Below are positions 29,094 to 38,915 of a stretch of 61,042 nt of DNA, one piece after another. Position 1 is the first letter of the stretch. Each line of letters starts with the position of its first letter. The notes below the pieces were generated by a model, which did not search any database, had not been told where the DNA came from, and saw only the letters and a list, made by a program, of their open reading frames with translations. The DNA comes from an uncultured Lichenihabitans sp. (lineage in GTDB: Bacteria > Pseudomonadota > Alphaproteobacteria > Rhizobiales > Beijerinckiaceae). Location: NCBI GenBank assembly GCA_964243125.1, contig CAXTEP010000002.1, positions 2,655 through 63,696 on the forward strand, written 5' to 3'. The translations under genes were made by a program, and so were the position numbers.

Positions 29094-30104
29094 TCAGTCC
29101 CGCGGCCAGCCGCCGTCGTCCCGCCATTCGGGGTAGAGGCGGTCGACGATCGCCTGGATGCGGGCGATCTCGGGCCCCGACAGGAGGTCCCGCCAGCGAT
29201 CGTGCGCCATGCGGCCCGGCGCCGCGAACTCGTCCGGATGGATGGTGGCCGAGGGCTGGCCGAAGGCGGCCGTCCGGACCTGGACGAGGCCGAGGTCCCG
29301 GCACAGCGCCGCGAGCCCCCCGGCGGGCTCGGCGACGAGGTGCTCGTAGGTCAGCAGCCGCCCCCAAGGGCGGTCGCGCAGCGTCAGGGCGACGTGCCGC
29401 TCGCTCCGCGCCCAGGTGGCCGCGATCCTGGACAGGGCGTCGGTGTCGAACGCCTGTTCCGGGGGGGACCTCCGGGCCGGGTCGGGCCGCGATCCGTCGG
29501 CCGGGCCGGCGAGGCGCACGCGATCGAAGCTCCAGTGCCAGTCGGCTTCCCGCAGGCTCGCCACCACGGCGCAGGGGTGGCGCCGCAGGTGCACCACCGG
29601 CACGCCGAAGCGGCGGTGAAAGGCGTCGAGGTTGAACTGCAGCCGCACGTCCTTGACCACGATCGCGGCGTGGAAGGATTCCCGCACGGCGCGGCGGCAG
29701 CTCAGCAGGAAACGGCTGCCGTGCGCGCCCGTGCAGGCCGCGTCCAGGTAGGCCCAGAAAGCCCGGTCGGTCGGGCAGGACGGGGGAATGAAGGCCTGCA
29801 GCGCATCCTCGTCGCCCGGAAACAGGACCTCGGTCGCGGCCCGGCGCCTGGGCTCCATGGGCGACAGGGGCTCGAACACGGTCTTGGCCCCGAGACTGTC
29901 GGCCAGGCATTCCTGCAGCCAGGTCGTCCCGCTCCGCCAGAAGCCGCTGACCAGGACGACGGGCCGGGCGAGCCCCAGGCGGGCCATCATCCAATCGCCC
30001 GCCCGCGCGGAGCCGACCCCCAGGGCCATGCGGGCCGGGTTCCGCGGCCGGCCGTCGACGCTGCCGTCGACCAGCCGGCCGGCCGCGGCCGTCACGCCCG
30101 ACAA
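29094..30104 (-). CDS. Sulfotransferase family protein
   Basis: VLVSGFWRSGTTWL (5'-PSB loop), FEPL, HLRRHPCAVVAS (3'-PB motif), TYEHLVAEP; start uncertain. Confidence 0.8.
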   Translation of the reverse strand: MSGVTAAAGRLVDGSVDGRPRNPARMALGVGSARAGDWMMARLGLARPVVLVSGFWRSGTTWLQECLADSLGAKTVFEPLSPMEPRRRAATEVLFPGDEDALQAFIPPSCPTDRAFWAYLDAACTGAHGSRFLLSCRRAVRESFHAAIVVKDVRLQFNLDAFHRRFGVPVVHLRRHPCAVVASLREADWHWSFDRVRLAGPADGSRPDPARRSPPEQAFDTDALSRIAATWARSERHVALTLRDRPWGRLLTYEHLVAEPAGGLAALCRDLGLVQVRTAAFGQPSATIHPDEFAAPGRMAHDRWRDLLSGPEIARIQAIVDRLYPEWRDDGGWPRD

Positions 30105-30147
30105 GGCGGGCCGGCGGGGTCGCCGCTCGGGCGGGCGGGATCTCCGC

Positions 30148-31974
30148 TCAAGGGACCGGCTCGGGGATCTCCGCGCGTCGGGCCGCGGCCCGCAATTCCA
30201 GAAGTTCGGCCGCCGGCGCGGTGTCGTCCACGGTCTGGAACAGCCCGAGCCGGCGCGACAGCCGGCCCAGGCTGGTGCGGCTCGACACGGCGGTGAGAGC
30301 CGGGCTGAGCAGGAGGCCGAGCACCGCGGGTGCCATCCACACGGCGTACCAGCCGCCGGCCGCCGCGCAGGTAGCGCCCAGCACGATGGCCAGCGACACG
30401 TGCGGCCAATGGTGCCGCAGCGCTTCGAACACGGTCACGCTCCGGTCGGCACGGCACTGAGGCTCCCACGGCACGATCCCGCCCGCGAAGGTCCTCACCA
30501 CGAAGCCGGCATTGACCAGGGACAGGACCGGGCCGAGCAGGAGCCAGAATCCCTGCTCCACCGCGACCCCGGCGAGCAGCCGCGACGCACCCCCGAAGCC
30601 GCGCCGCAGGTCGCGGTCGGCCAGGACGCGGACGAGATTGAGGAGCCGCGGCATCAGCAGCAGGCCGACCCCGGCCGTGGCCAGGGCCGCGGCCGGCAGG
30701 CCGGGTTCGGTGAGCCCGTAGGCCAGGACCCCGAGCCCGCCCTCGCCCGGTCCCAGCAGGACGCGCGCGGCCCCCAGCAGGAGAACGCTCCACCACAGCG
30801 GCGCCGTGAGATAGCCGCCGATGCCGAGCGCGATGTGGCCGCGGCTGCCGCTCCGGAGGCCGGGCAGGCCCAGCACCTTCAGGTGCTGCAGGTTGCCCTG
30901 GCACCAGCGGCGCTCGCGCCCGAGAAGGTCGATCGTGTTGGTGGGCATCTCCTCCCAGGTGCCGTCGAATTCGGGCAGCAAGTGGACGGCCCACCCGGCC
31001 CGGGCCAGCAGCGCGGCCTCGACCACGTCGTGGCACAGGATCTCGCCGCCGAGCGGCGGCCGGCCCGGCAGCACGGGGAGCCCGCAATGGGCCCGGAACG
31101 GTGCGACCCGCAGGATGGCGTTGTGCCCCCAGTAGGACCCTTCCGGCCCCTGCCAGTATTCGAGGCCGCGCAGCGCCAGGGGAGCGTAGACCCGCACCGC
31201 GAACTGCTGGATGCGGGCGAACAGCGTATCCCGCCCGGTCGCGTAGCTCACCGTCTGGATCAGGCCGACCTGGGGGTGTTCCTCCATCAGGCAGATCAGC
31301 CGGCGCATGGCCGTGCCGCTCATCAGGCTGTCGGCGTCGAGCACGATGGCGAAATCGTAGTCGCCGCCGTGCTGTTCGAAGAAGTCGGCGAGGTTGCCGG
31401 CCTTGCGGCCCCGGTTGGCCCGGCGCCGGCGGTAGAACACCCGCGGTTCACCCCCAGGCTCCAGCGACGCCCATTCGCGCCGCTCGGCCTCGGCGAGCCC
31501 GTCGCTGCGCGTGTCGCTGAGCACGTGGACGTCGATGTCGTCCGACCCCGCGCGGGCGAGTGACCGCACCATGATCCTGAGCTTGGCGAAGACCTCGGCG
31601 GGATCCTCCTCGTAGATCGGCACCAGAACGGCGGTGCGGCTGCGGCCGGTCCAGTCGGGCTCGACCTGGGCGGCGCGCCGTTCCAGCTTCGAATGGGTGG
31701 TCCGGCCGCGCAGCCAAGCCGCGAAGCCGAGCGCGAGCTGCCACACCACGAAACATTCCCAGGCCATGGTCAGGGCGAAAGGCACGCCGATCACCCAGTC
31801 CAGCACCGTATGCGGCCCCCCGGCCAGCACCGCGACCGACAGGAGCAGCACGACCGCGGCCAGGACGAGGCTCGGCACGATCAGGATGAGCCGGCGTTCG
31901 CGCAGGCCCGGGACGTCCGGAACGCGACGGATCGGGGCATCCAAACAGGTCGGAAACGGAAGGGGCGTCTTCAT
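30148..31974 (-). CDS. mdoH: Glucans biosynthesis glucosyltransferase MdoH/OpgH
   Basis: VPIYEEDP, RKAGNLADF, VLDADS, YWGHNAILR, CHDVVEA, RERRWCQGNLQH and flanking TM helices. Confidence 0.9.
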   Translation of the reverse strand: MKTPLPFPTCLDAPIRRVPDVPGLRERRLILIVPSLVLAAVVLLLSVAVLAGGPHTVLDWVIGVPFALTMAWECFVVWQLALGFAAWLRGRTTHSKLERRAAQVEPDWTGRSRTAVLVPIYEEDPAEVFAKLRIMVRSLARAGSDDIDVHVLSDTRSDGLAEAERREWASLEPGGEPRVFYRRRRANRGRKAGNLADFFEQHGGDYDFAIVLDADSLMSGTAMRRLICLMEEHPQVGLIQTVSYATGRDTLFARIQQFAVRVYAPLALRGLEYWQGPEGSYWGHNAILRVAPFRAHCGLPVLPGRPPLGGEILCHDVVEAALLARAGWAVHLLPEFDGTWEEMPTNTIDLLGRERRWCQGNLQHLKVLGLPGLRSGSRGHIALGIGGYLTAPLWWSVLLLGAARVLLGPGEGGLGVLAYGLTEPGLPAAALATAGVGLLLMPRLLNLVRVLADRDLRRGFGGASRLLAGVAVEQGFWLLLGPVLSLVNAGFVVRTFAGGIVPWEPQCRADRSVTVFEALRHHWPHVSLAIVLGATCAAAGGWYAVWMAPAVLGLLLSPALTAVSSRTSLGRLSRRLGLFQTVDDTAPAAELLELRAAARRAEIPEPVP

Positions 31975-32484
31975 GGCCCCGTGTTTGCCGTGGCGAAGCT
32001 GTTTGGGACAGGTGCCCGGGCCAGAGCATAGTGACGCAGCATTGGGCGACGGCCGGACGGAGGGGCGGCGCACCGCCCGTGGGCGACGCGTTCCCGGCCT
32101 GGAACCGGGCCGGTCTACACGCTTCGTGCACGGCCCTCCCGCATCATGGAGGCTGACGATACGTGGGATGTCGGAGGACCAGGGCCGACCATCGGCGCCG
32201 GTCGGACCGGCCGTCGCCGGGACCTCGCGATCGAGTGGGATCGGAAGGCTCGTTTCACCCGCCATGGCGGCGGTGCCCAGCAAGGCGCTGATCTCGACCT
32301 CGTCCCGCCAGGTGTTGCAGAGGCGTGCGCGACCGAGGCCGACGAGTTTGGCTCGCTGGTCAACCAGTTCCGGATCGGCGAGCGGGACAGCGCAACCCGC
32401 CGAGCGCCCCGGCCGTGGGCAGCGCAGCCCCGCGCTGAGGCTGGTGCGCGCCTGACCGGACCCCGAGGACGGTCCGGCCGTCGG

Positions 32485-33243
32485 TTAATCCGCCTCGACC
32501 AGGGCGCCAACCCCCTGCGGGGCCGCCGAAACCGGCCGGACCAGGCGGTCGCGCGCCGCCACCTCGCCGCCGCGGTCCTCCAGGCAATAGCCGAGGTAGC
32601 GCTTGGACTCGATCGGATCGTAGCCGAGGTGCTGCCGGAGCTTCTTGCGCAGCTTGCTGACGTGGCTTTCCACCACGTTCTCCTCCACGTGCTCGTCGAA
32701 GATGCCGTAGATGGCGCTGAAGATCTGGGCCTTGCTGACGCGGCGGCCGCGGTTCTTCATCAGGTATTCGAGGATGCGGCGCTCGCGGCGGGGAAGCTGC
32801 ATGGGCTCGCCGCGGATCTCGGGGTCGCGCCCGTCGAAGAACACGCGGATCTCGCCCGACACGCTGTCGTCCTTCTTCCTGGCCGAGGCCCGGCGGCGGA
32901 TGGCGTCGATGCGGGCCAGCAGTTCGCGGATATGGATCGGCTTGCGGACCACGTCGTCGAAGCCCGCGGCGAAGAGTTCCAGCGTTTGCTCCAGCGAGTG
33001 CATGTCGTTGATGGCGATGATGGGCGCGCGGGAGCGCTCGCGGATCTTGCGCGGGAAGGTCGCGCGGGCCCGGCAGTCGCCGATCAGGAAGGCCTCGACG
33101 GCCGCGATGTCGCGCTCGTCCGCGGCCGCGATCCAGTCCGCGAAATCGGCGGAGGACAGCCCGGAACTGGCCACGCCCTCGCCCTTGAACCCGCTCGCGA
33201 ATCCGACAGAAACGATCTCTCGGTCGTCAATCAAAACCAGCAT
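32485..33243 (-). CDS. ftcR: Flagellar master regulator Rem/FtcR (OmpR-like)
   Basis: [74 protein letters not shown]; located in the flagellar cluster. Confidence 0.85.
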   Translation of the reverse strand: MLVLIDDREIVSVGFASGFKGEGVASSGLSSADFADWIAAADERDIAAVEAFLIGDCRARATFPRKIRERSRAPIIAINDMHSLEQTLELFAAGFDDVVRKPIHIRELLARIDAIRRRASARKKDDSVSGEIRVFFDGRDPEIRGEPMQLPRRERRILEYLMKNRGRRVSKAQIFSAIYGIFDEHVEENVVESHVSKLRKKLRQHLGYDPIESKRYLGYCLEDRGGEVAARDRLVRPVSAAPQGVGALVEAD

Positions 33244-33407
33244 GGATGCGGTCCCGTGTAAGGAATGGAGCGGTAAAGAATCTGTTCCGGCCGCCCGTCC
33301 TGAGACCAAAATTAGGTGGTCATGTTTAATAAAAGCTTTCGCGCAGTTCAGACCTTAAACTTTTGGCAGGAAGCCGCGGCAGTGTGACGGAATCGAAGCG
33401 GTTTTCC

Positions 33408-33423
33408 TTAAGCCGATATTAAC
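33408..33423. promoter_or_regulatory. CtrA-binding box upstream of ftcR/rem
   Basis: Perfect TTAA-GCCGATA-TTAAC (TTAA-N7-TTAAC) in an AT-rich intergenic region that also has two GANTC sites (33278, 33390). Confidence 0.7.
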
Positions 33424-33490
33424 GCGTGGGGAGAATGCCTGCGGAAGGCGGTTGTCCACGCCGGGGAACGGCAATCTCAGGTTGCGTCCG

Positions 33491-33931
33491 TCAGCTTTGC
33501 ACGGCGTAGAACTTGCGCCGCAGCTCGCTGGCCAGGGCCCGGCTGCGGGCCGACACCGGATGGGTCCTGAACCCGATCCCCGATTCGTGCCGCCGCCGCC
33601 ACAGCACCACGGCGAGGTGAAGCGTGCCGGTCTGGTCGTCGAACAGGTAGAGCGGCGAGGGCAGCCGGGCGCCGATCGGGTGCCGGACGCGGCTGCCCGA
33701 CGCCGACAGGTCGTAGACCAGGCATTCGGTGACGAAGCGGCCGTCAGCCGCGTCGGCGATCTTGCCCGAGCGCAGCCGCGTCCGCTGCCGCGGGCTGCCG
33801 CGCCGCTCGGTGCGCTTGCGGACCGTCTTGGCCGGGGCGAGCGGCGCGTAGGTGAACTCGCCCGGCCGCTGTGGAGCCGCGTCCGGGTCTCCGACCCGCC
33901 GGGCCTCCACGATCGTTTCGCGCTTGGTCAT
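33491..33931 (-). CDS. PilZ domain-containing protein
   Basis: ERRGSPR (RxxxR) and DLSASG (DxSxxG) c-di-GMP motifs, W-R...GIGF tail. Confidence 0.75.
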   Translation of the reverse strand: MTKRETIVEARRVGDPDAAPQRPGEFTYAPLAPAKTVRKRTERRGSPRQRTRLRSGKIADAADGRFVTECLVYDLSASGSRVRHPIGARLPSPLYLFDDQTGTLHLAVVLWRRRHESGIGFRTHPVSARSRALASELRRKFYAVQS

Positions 33932-33987
33932 GGCAGGCTCGCTTGAGGATGCGCCGCAGGAAGGTGGTGGCCGCCGACCGGGCGGGC

Positions 33988-34458
33988 TCAGCGGCGGGTC
34001 GGGCGGGCCGGGGCGGCCCCCGGCACCGCGACCCGGGTGCCGGGCAGACGGGCGTCCGCGAGCGCCTGGATCAGGCGGCCCGCATTGGTCAGACCGTCGT
34101 CGCGCGGCGCGTCGAACAGCACGCCGCCCACCGTCACGGTCTGGCCGATCGCGTCCAGCATCAGGTCGAAGAAGACCGACACCGTGAGGTTCTGGAATTC
34201 CAGGCCGAGCTTGACGAGCGGTAGGTCGCCCCATTCGAGCCGGATGCCGGCCGACCACGCGAAGGTCAGCGTGCCTTCCTTGAAGAACAGCTCGGCCGAG
34301 GATTGCAGCAGGTCGTCGATGGCCGCGAAACTGTCCCCGTGGATCAGCGCCGCCAAGTCGATCAGGTCGATGGTCCTGAGCTCGTCGGCGACGTCCTTGA
34401 GCTGGTCGGACAGGATCGCCGCGTAGGCGTTCGGATCAGGGTCGGCAAAACACGTCAA
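33988..34458 (-). CDS. Conserved hypothetical protein of rhizobial-type flagellar clusters
   Basis: LKDVADELRTID, DLLQSSAELFFKEGTLTF, LEW...LEF; TTG start overlaps the flhB stop. Confidence 0.7.
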   Translation of the reverse strand: MTCFADPDPNAYAAILSDQLKDVADELRTIDLIDLAALIHGDSFAAIDDLLQSSAELFFKEGTLTFAWSAGIRLEWGDLPLVKLGLEFQNLTVSVFFDLMLDAIGQTVTVGGVLFDAPRDDGLTNAGRLIQALADARLPGTRVAVPGAAPARPTRR

Positions 34459-35555
34459 CGCGTCGCCCTCTCGTGGGGGATGGAAGACCCCGCTCGCTTG
34501 CGGGACTGGATGAAGTGGATGACTTCCGCCACGGCCTTGTAGAATTGCGGCGGGATCGCCTGCGACACCTCGACATGGTCGTACATCGACCTTGCAAGAG
34601 GCTTGTTCTCGATCACCTCGATGCCGTTCCCCTCGGCGATCTCGCGGATCTTGAGGGCGATCAGGTCCTGCCCCTTGGCCAGCACGATCGGGGCGCCCCC
34701 CTCCTCCCGCACGTAGCGGAGCGCGATGGCGAAATGGGTCGGGTTGGCGATCACCAGGGTGGCGCGCTGCACGTCGGCCATCATGCGGCGGCGCGAGCGG
34801 TCGAGCGCGAGCGACCGGCGCCGCGCTTTCAGCAGCGGATCGCCCTCGGCCTGCCGCATCTCGTCCTTGATCTCGCGGCGGCTCATCCGCATGCGCTTGT
34901 TCCAGGCCGCGCGCGTCCACACGAGGTCGGCGGCGGTCAGCACCGCGAAGGCCGTGGTGACCCCCGACATGAGGCGGGTCAGGATGCCGAGCATGCGGTC
35001 CGGCACCGTGACGGGCTCGGTGAACATCGCGTCGATCACGCGGGTCTGCTCGGACCGCAGGATCAGGAACACCACGAGGCCGACAACCGCGAGCTTGGCC
35101 GCGCCCTTGCCGAATTCCACCAGGCCCCGGCGGCCGAACAGGCGGTCGAGGCCCGCCGCGGGCGACAGCTTCTCGAGCTTGGGCTCGATCCGGCCGAGCA
35201 CCACGCTGGGCATGTTCTGGGCGAACGAGACCGCGAGCCCCGCCACCACGAAGATGGCGAAGACAGGAGCCAGGAACGTGCCCGCGGCCCGGAACACGAT
35301 GTCGAACAGGAAGGCCGCGTCGGCCCCGTTGCGCAGGGCCCAGCGCCCGGGGTCGTCGAGCAGGCGCGCCAGCGTGTCGGCCAGATGGGCCGCGCCTTCG
35401 CGGAGCAGCAGGGTGCTGACCGCAAGCGTCGCGAGCAGCGCGGCCAACAGCGGCGCTTCGCGCGACACCGCGACGTCGCCCTTGTCCCGCGCGTCGAGCA
35501 GCTTCTTCTCGGTCGGCAGCTCTGTTTTGTCGTCCTGCTCGTTCTGCTCGCTCAC
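34455..35555 (-). CDS. flhB: Flagellar export switch protein FlhB
   Basis: KTELPTEKKL, MSRREIKDE..QAEGDP, NPTH autocleavage motif, APIVLAKG. Confidence 0.95.
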   Translation of the reverse strand: MSEQNEQDDKTELPTEKKLLDARDKGDVAVSREAPLLAALLATLAVSTLLLREGAAHLADTLARLLDDPGRWALRNGADAAFLFDIVFRAAGTFLAPVFAIFVVAGLAVSFAQNMPSVVLGRIEPKLEKLSPAAGLDRLFGRRGLVEFGKGAAKLAVVGLVVFLILRSEQTRVIDAMFTEPVTVPDRMLGILTRLMSGVTTAFAVLTAADLVWTRAAWNKRMRMSRREIKDEMRQAEGDPLLKARRRSLALDRSRRRMMADVQRATLVIANPTHFAIALRYVREEGGAPIVLAKGQDLIALKIREIAEGNGIEVIENKPLARSMYDHVEVSQAIPPQFYKAVAEVIHFIQSRKRAGSSIPHERATR

Positions 35556-35589
35556 GGGCGCGGTCCTGCATGGTGGAACAAGCGGGCGG

Positions 35590-36606
35590 TCAGGCGTCCT
35601 GCTCGGCTTCGGCGTCGAGCTCGATCTCGCCGCGGCCGATCAGATCCAGGACAGTGGAGGAGATCTCCTTGCGGGCGGCCGCGACCTCCTTGGGGGAGCC
35701 CACGTTGTTGTTGAGCTCGTTCTCGACGAGCCGGCGGGCCCGCGCGCCGAGCGCCGACAGGACGGCGGTGCGGAAGGCCGCGTCGGTTCCCTTGAGCGCG
35801 ACGACGATCCGCTCGCTCGGAACGCGGTCGAACAGCACGCTGCGGGCCTTCATGGACAGGCGGTCGATGTCCGTGAAGGAGAACATCTTGGACCGGAGCG
35901 CCGCGGCCTCGGTCGGCTTGACCTCGGCCAGCGAGCCCAGGACGTCCTCGGCCTGGTCGGGCGCCATGCGGTTGAGGATGTCGACGATGCGGGCCTGGGT
36001 GTGCTTGGCGGCGTCGCGCTGCGGGTTGGCGAGCAGGTCGTCGCGCAGGCGGTTCTCCAGGATGCGGATCGTCGCCTCGTTGACGGACCGCAGGCTCAGC
36101 ATCCGCCGCGTCAGGGGATTGCGGGTTTCGCGCGGCAGCGCGGCCAGCACCTTGGCGGCGGCTTCGGGGGTCAGGCGCGACAGCACCAGGGCCGCGGTCT
36201 GCGGGTGCTCCTTGGCGATGTAGGCCGCGAGCTCCTTGTCGGGCAGGTTGGACAGGCGGACCCAGGTGGAGGAGTTCGAATTGCCGAGCACGTCGGCCAT
36301 GATTTCGGCCACCTGCTCGGGCGGCAGCACGCTGCCGAGCAGGTGCTCCACCTCGGCGGCCGTGCCCCTGAGGTCCACGCCGCGCGAGAACTGCGACGCG
36401 AGTTCCTCCACGAGATCCTCGAGCGACGCCATGGGAACGGAGCCCAGCGCCGCCGCCGACCGGGTGATGGTCTTGAGCTCGCCGGGATCGAAATGCTTGA
36501 GCAGGCGGCTCGCCAGCGGCTTGCCCATGGCGAGCAGCAGGGCCGCGACCTTTTCGGGACCCGTCATGGTCCGCGGCGTGAGGGAGGGCGCAACGGCGAT
36601 CGACAA
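35590..36606 (-). CDS. fliG: Flagellar motor switch protein FliG
   Basis: TGPEKVAALLLAMG, EHPQT motif, MFSFTD, ALKG. Confidence 0.93.
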   Translation of the reverse strand: MSIAVAPSLTPRTMTGPEKVAALLLAMGKPLASRLLKHFDPGELKTITRSAAALGSVPMASLEDLVEELASQFSRGVDLRGTAAEVEHLLGSVLPPEQVAEIMADVLGNSNSSTWVRLSNLPDKELAAYIAKEHPQTAALVLSRLTPEAAAKVLAALPRETRNPLTRRMLSLRSVNEATIRILENRLRDDLLANPQRDAAKHTQARIVDILNRMAPDQAEDVLGSLAEVKPTEAAALRSKMFSFTDIDRLSMKARSVLFDRVPSERIVVALKGTDAAFRTAVLSALGARARRLVENELNNNVGSPKEVAAARKEISSTVLDLIGRGEIELDAEAEQDA

Positions 36607-36644
36607 GGAAAACGTCTTCCTGCATGGAGAATCGAACGGGGCGG

Positions 36645-36953
36645 TCAGGCCTTGGCGGGGGACCCGGCCGGCTGGTTGACGATCTCGGTCAGCGTCACGC
36701 CCAGCCGGGCGCTGTCCTCGTCCACCACGATCATCTCGCCCTTGGCGATCAGCCGGCCGTTGACCACCACGTCCACGGGCTGGCCCACGCGCTGGTCGAG
36801 CGGGATCACGGCGCCGCGGCCGAGCTTCATGAGGCTCGCGACCGGCATGGTGGCGCCCCCCAGGATGATCTGGACCGAAACGGGAATGTTGAGGATGCTG
36901 TCGAGGCTGGGCGTGGCGCCCTCGCCTTCGAGCAGGTCGATCTGATCCGACAT
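36645..36953 (-). CDS. fliN: Flagellar motor switch protein FliN
   Basis: ILNIPVSVQIILG, LGRGAVIPLD, PVDVVVNGRLIAKGE. Confidence 0.93.
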   Translation of the reverse strand: MSDQIDLLEGEGATPSLDSILNIPVSVQIILGGATMPVASLMKLGRGAVIPLDQRVGQPVDVVVNGRLIAKGEMIVVDEDSARLGVTLTEIVNQPAGSPAKA

Positions 36954-37095
36954 GGAATGAACCTCGCGGGGTGACGGGATGCAGCGGCGGACCCGCACGG
37001 GCGGCACAACCGGGTCCGCCGCGGGAATGAAGATGGTCGATCGAGCGGGGTCGGACCCCGACCGGCCCTCGGGGCCGGCACGGGATCCACGCTAG

Positions 37096-38037
37096 TCACG
37101 AAGCCTTGCGCGGGGGTGAAGCGTCCCGGGCCGCCGGGCCGTCGACCTTGACGGTGAACAGGCCCGTGGACTGGCCGAGATCGCAGCGGAACAGGTCGCC
37201 CTGCTCGCACAGCAGGCGCACGTTGGTCATAGCGCCCTCGGGTAGGGCCAGGATCTGGCCGATCTGCAGCCGCGTCAGGGCGCCGAGGCTCATCGGGTCC
37301 AGGTCGATGCTGGCCTGCAGCTTGACGGTCGCCTGGCTGACCTCGGCTTCGAGCTGCTCGCTCCAGCGCGGATCGGCCTCGGCGGCGGCCGGGTCGGAGA
37401 TCCGTCCCAGGTGGGCGCCGATCATCTCGGACGCCACCTGGGGGATCAGGACGTCGAGATCCACCGCGCGGCCCACCACGGTCACGCCGAAGCGGGCCAC
37501 CAGCACGCCGGCCTTCGGCTTGCCCAGCCCGCCGAGGTCGGGCTTGGCCTGGATGCGCTCGTACACGAAGGTCGCGGGCAGGAGCTGCGAGAACCCGGCC
37601 GTCAGGGCCTCGGCCACCTGGGCGCCGACCACGTCGGCGATGCTCAGCTCGATGGACGACAGCGGGCCGGTGGCCGGGGCGGCCTCGGGCTCCTCGTCGC
37701 CGACGCCGCCGAACAGCGCTTCCAGCGCCGCGGTCACGAAGGACCGGTCGAAGCGCAGCACCACCACCGCGTCCCAGGCCCCGGCGTAGAGCGTGGCCGA
37801 CACCTGGCCCGCACCCCAGTCGCGGGCGAGGTCCCCCACCGTGGCGGGCGACAGCGACTTGAGGACGATCTCGCCGCCCGCGGCCGACGCGGCGTTCAGG
37901 CTGCGGGCCCAGGCCTTGGCGACGCCCGCCAGGGCGTCGGTCAGCCTGGGCAGGCGGCCGGGGTCGGACCCCCGGTCCTTCTCGAACCAGCGCCGCCCGC
38001 CCGGCGGCGCGGCCCCGTCGGCCCGCGCGGTCTTCAC
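37096..38037 (-). CDS. fliM: Flagellar motor switch protein FliM
   Basis: LEALFGG, PLSSIE, C-terminal SpoA domain LQIGQILALP..LFRCDLG; position between motA and fliN. Confidence 0.8.
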   Translation of the reverse strand: MKTARADGAAPPGGRRWFEKDRGSDPGRLPRLTDALAGVAKAWARSLNAASAAGGEIVLKSLSPATVGDLARDWGAGQVSATLYAGAWDAVVVLRFDRSFVTAALEALFGGVGDEEPEAAPATGPLSSIELSIADVVGAQVAEALTAGFSQLLPATFVYERIQAKPDLGGLGKPKAGVLVARFGVTVVGRAVDLDVLIPQVASEMIGAHLGRISDPAAAEADPRWSEQLEAEVSQATVKLQASIDLDPMSLGALTRLQIGQILALPEGAMTNVRLLCEQGDLFRCDLGQSTGLFTVKVDGPAARDASPPRKAS

Positions 38038-38039
38038 GC

Positions 38040-38915
38040 TCAGGCCGCCTTGGCGGAGGCTTCACCACCCCCCATGGTCTCGTTCTCGACCTCGTCGATC
38101 GACGGCCGGTCGTGCGACGAGATGGTCTTGCGGCCGTGTTCGAGCGCAATCAGCGGCACGGCCCCGTTCATGAAGGCGAGCAGCGCCTGCTTGATGATGA
38201 CGTAAAGCCGGCAGTGCTTCTCGCGGGTCGACTTCACCTTGCTGGCGAGCGGCCCGAAGATGCCGTAGGACATGAAGATGCCCGCGAAGGTGCCGACCAG
38301 CGCGGCGCCGATCATCTCGCCCAGGATCTCGGGCGACTGGTCGATCGCCCCCATGGCATGGACGATGCCCAGCACGGCCGCCACGATGCCCAGCGCTGGC
38401 AGCCCGTCCGCCACCGCCTGGAGCGCCTGGTAGGGCTTGAGCTTGTCGCGCTGGATCGTGTGGATCTCCTCGTCCATCAGCGCCTCGATCTCGTGGGTGC
38501 GGGCGTTGCCGATCAGGATCAGCCGGCAATAGTCGCAGATGAAGGTCGTCATGTCGCGGCTGGCCAGGATCTTGGGATACTTCTTGAACAGCTCCGATTC
38601 CTTGGGGTTGTCGATGTGGCCCTCCACCTCGTTGCGGGCGTTGCCGCGCAGCTCCCGCATGATGGTGTAAAGGATGCCCAGGATGTCGAGGTAGTCGCGG
38701 CTCTTGGGTCCGGTGCCCTTGACGGCTTCGAGCAGCGCCTTGCCGGTGTCCTTGATGGTCTTGAGGGGGTTCGCCACGATGAACGTGCCGAGCGCCGCGC
38801 CCAGGATGATGATCAGCTCGTAGGGCTGCCAGATCACGCCCAGGTGCCCGCCGCTGGCCAGGAACCCGCCCAGCACGCAGCCGATCGCGACCACCATTCC
38901 GATCAGAAATCCCAC
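38040..38915 (-). CDS. motA: Flagellar motor stator protein MotA
   Basis: [50 protein letters not shown]; AGGAG RBS before GTG. Confidence 0.95.
   Translation of the reverse strand: MGFLIGMVVAIGCVLGGFLASGGHLGVIWQPYELIIILGAALGTFIVANPLKTIKDTGKALLEAVKGTGPKSRDYLDILGILYTIMRELRGNARNEVEGHIDNPKESELFKKYPKILASRDMTTFICDYCRLILIGNARTHEIEALMDEEIHTIQRDKLKPYQALQAVADGLPALGIVAAVLGIVHAMGAIDQSPEILGEMIGAALVGTFAGIFMSYGIFGPLASKVKSTREKHCRLYVIIKQALLAFMNGAVPLIALEHGRKTISSHDRPSIDEVENETMGGGEASAKAA

Noticed and set aside
37096-38037. FliM lacking the N-terminal LSQxEIDxLL CheY-binding peptide
   Set aside because: As far as I recall this is typical of rhizobial-type FliM, so it is not evidence of pseudogenisation or novelty
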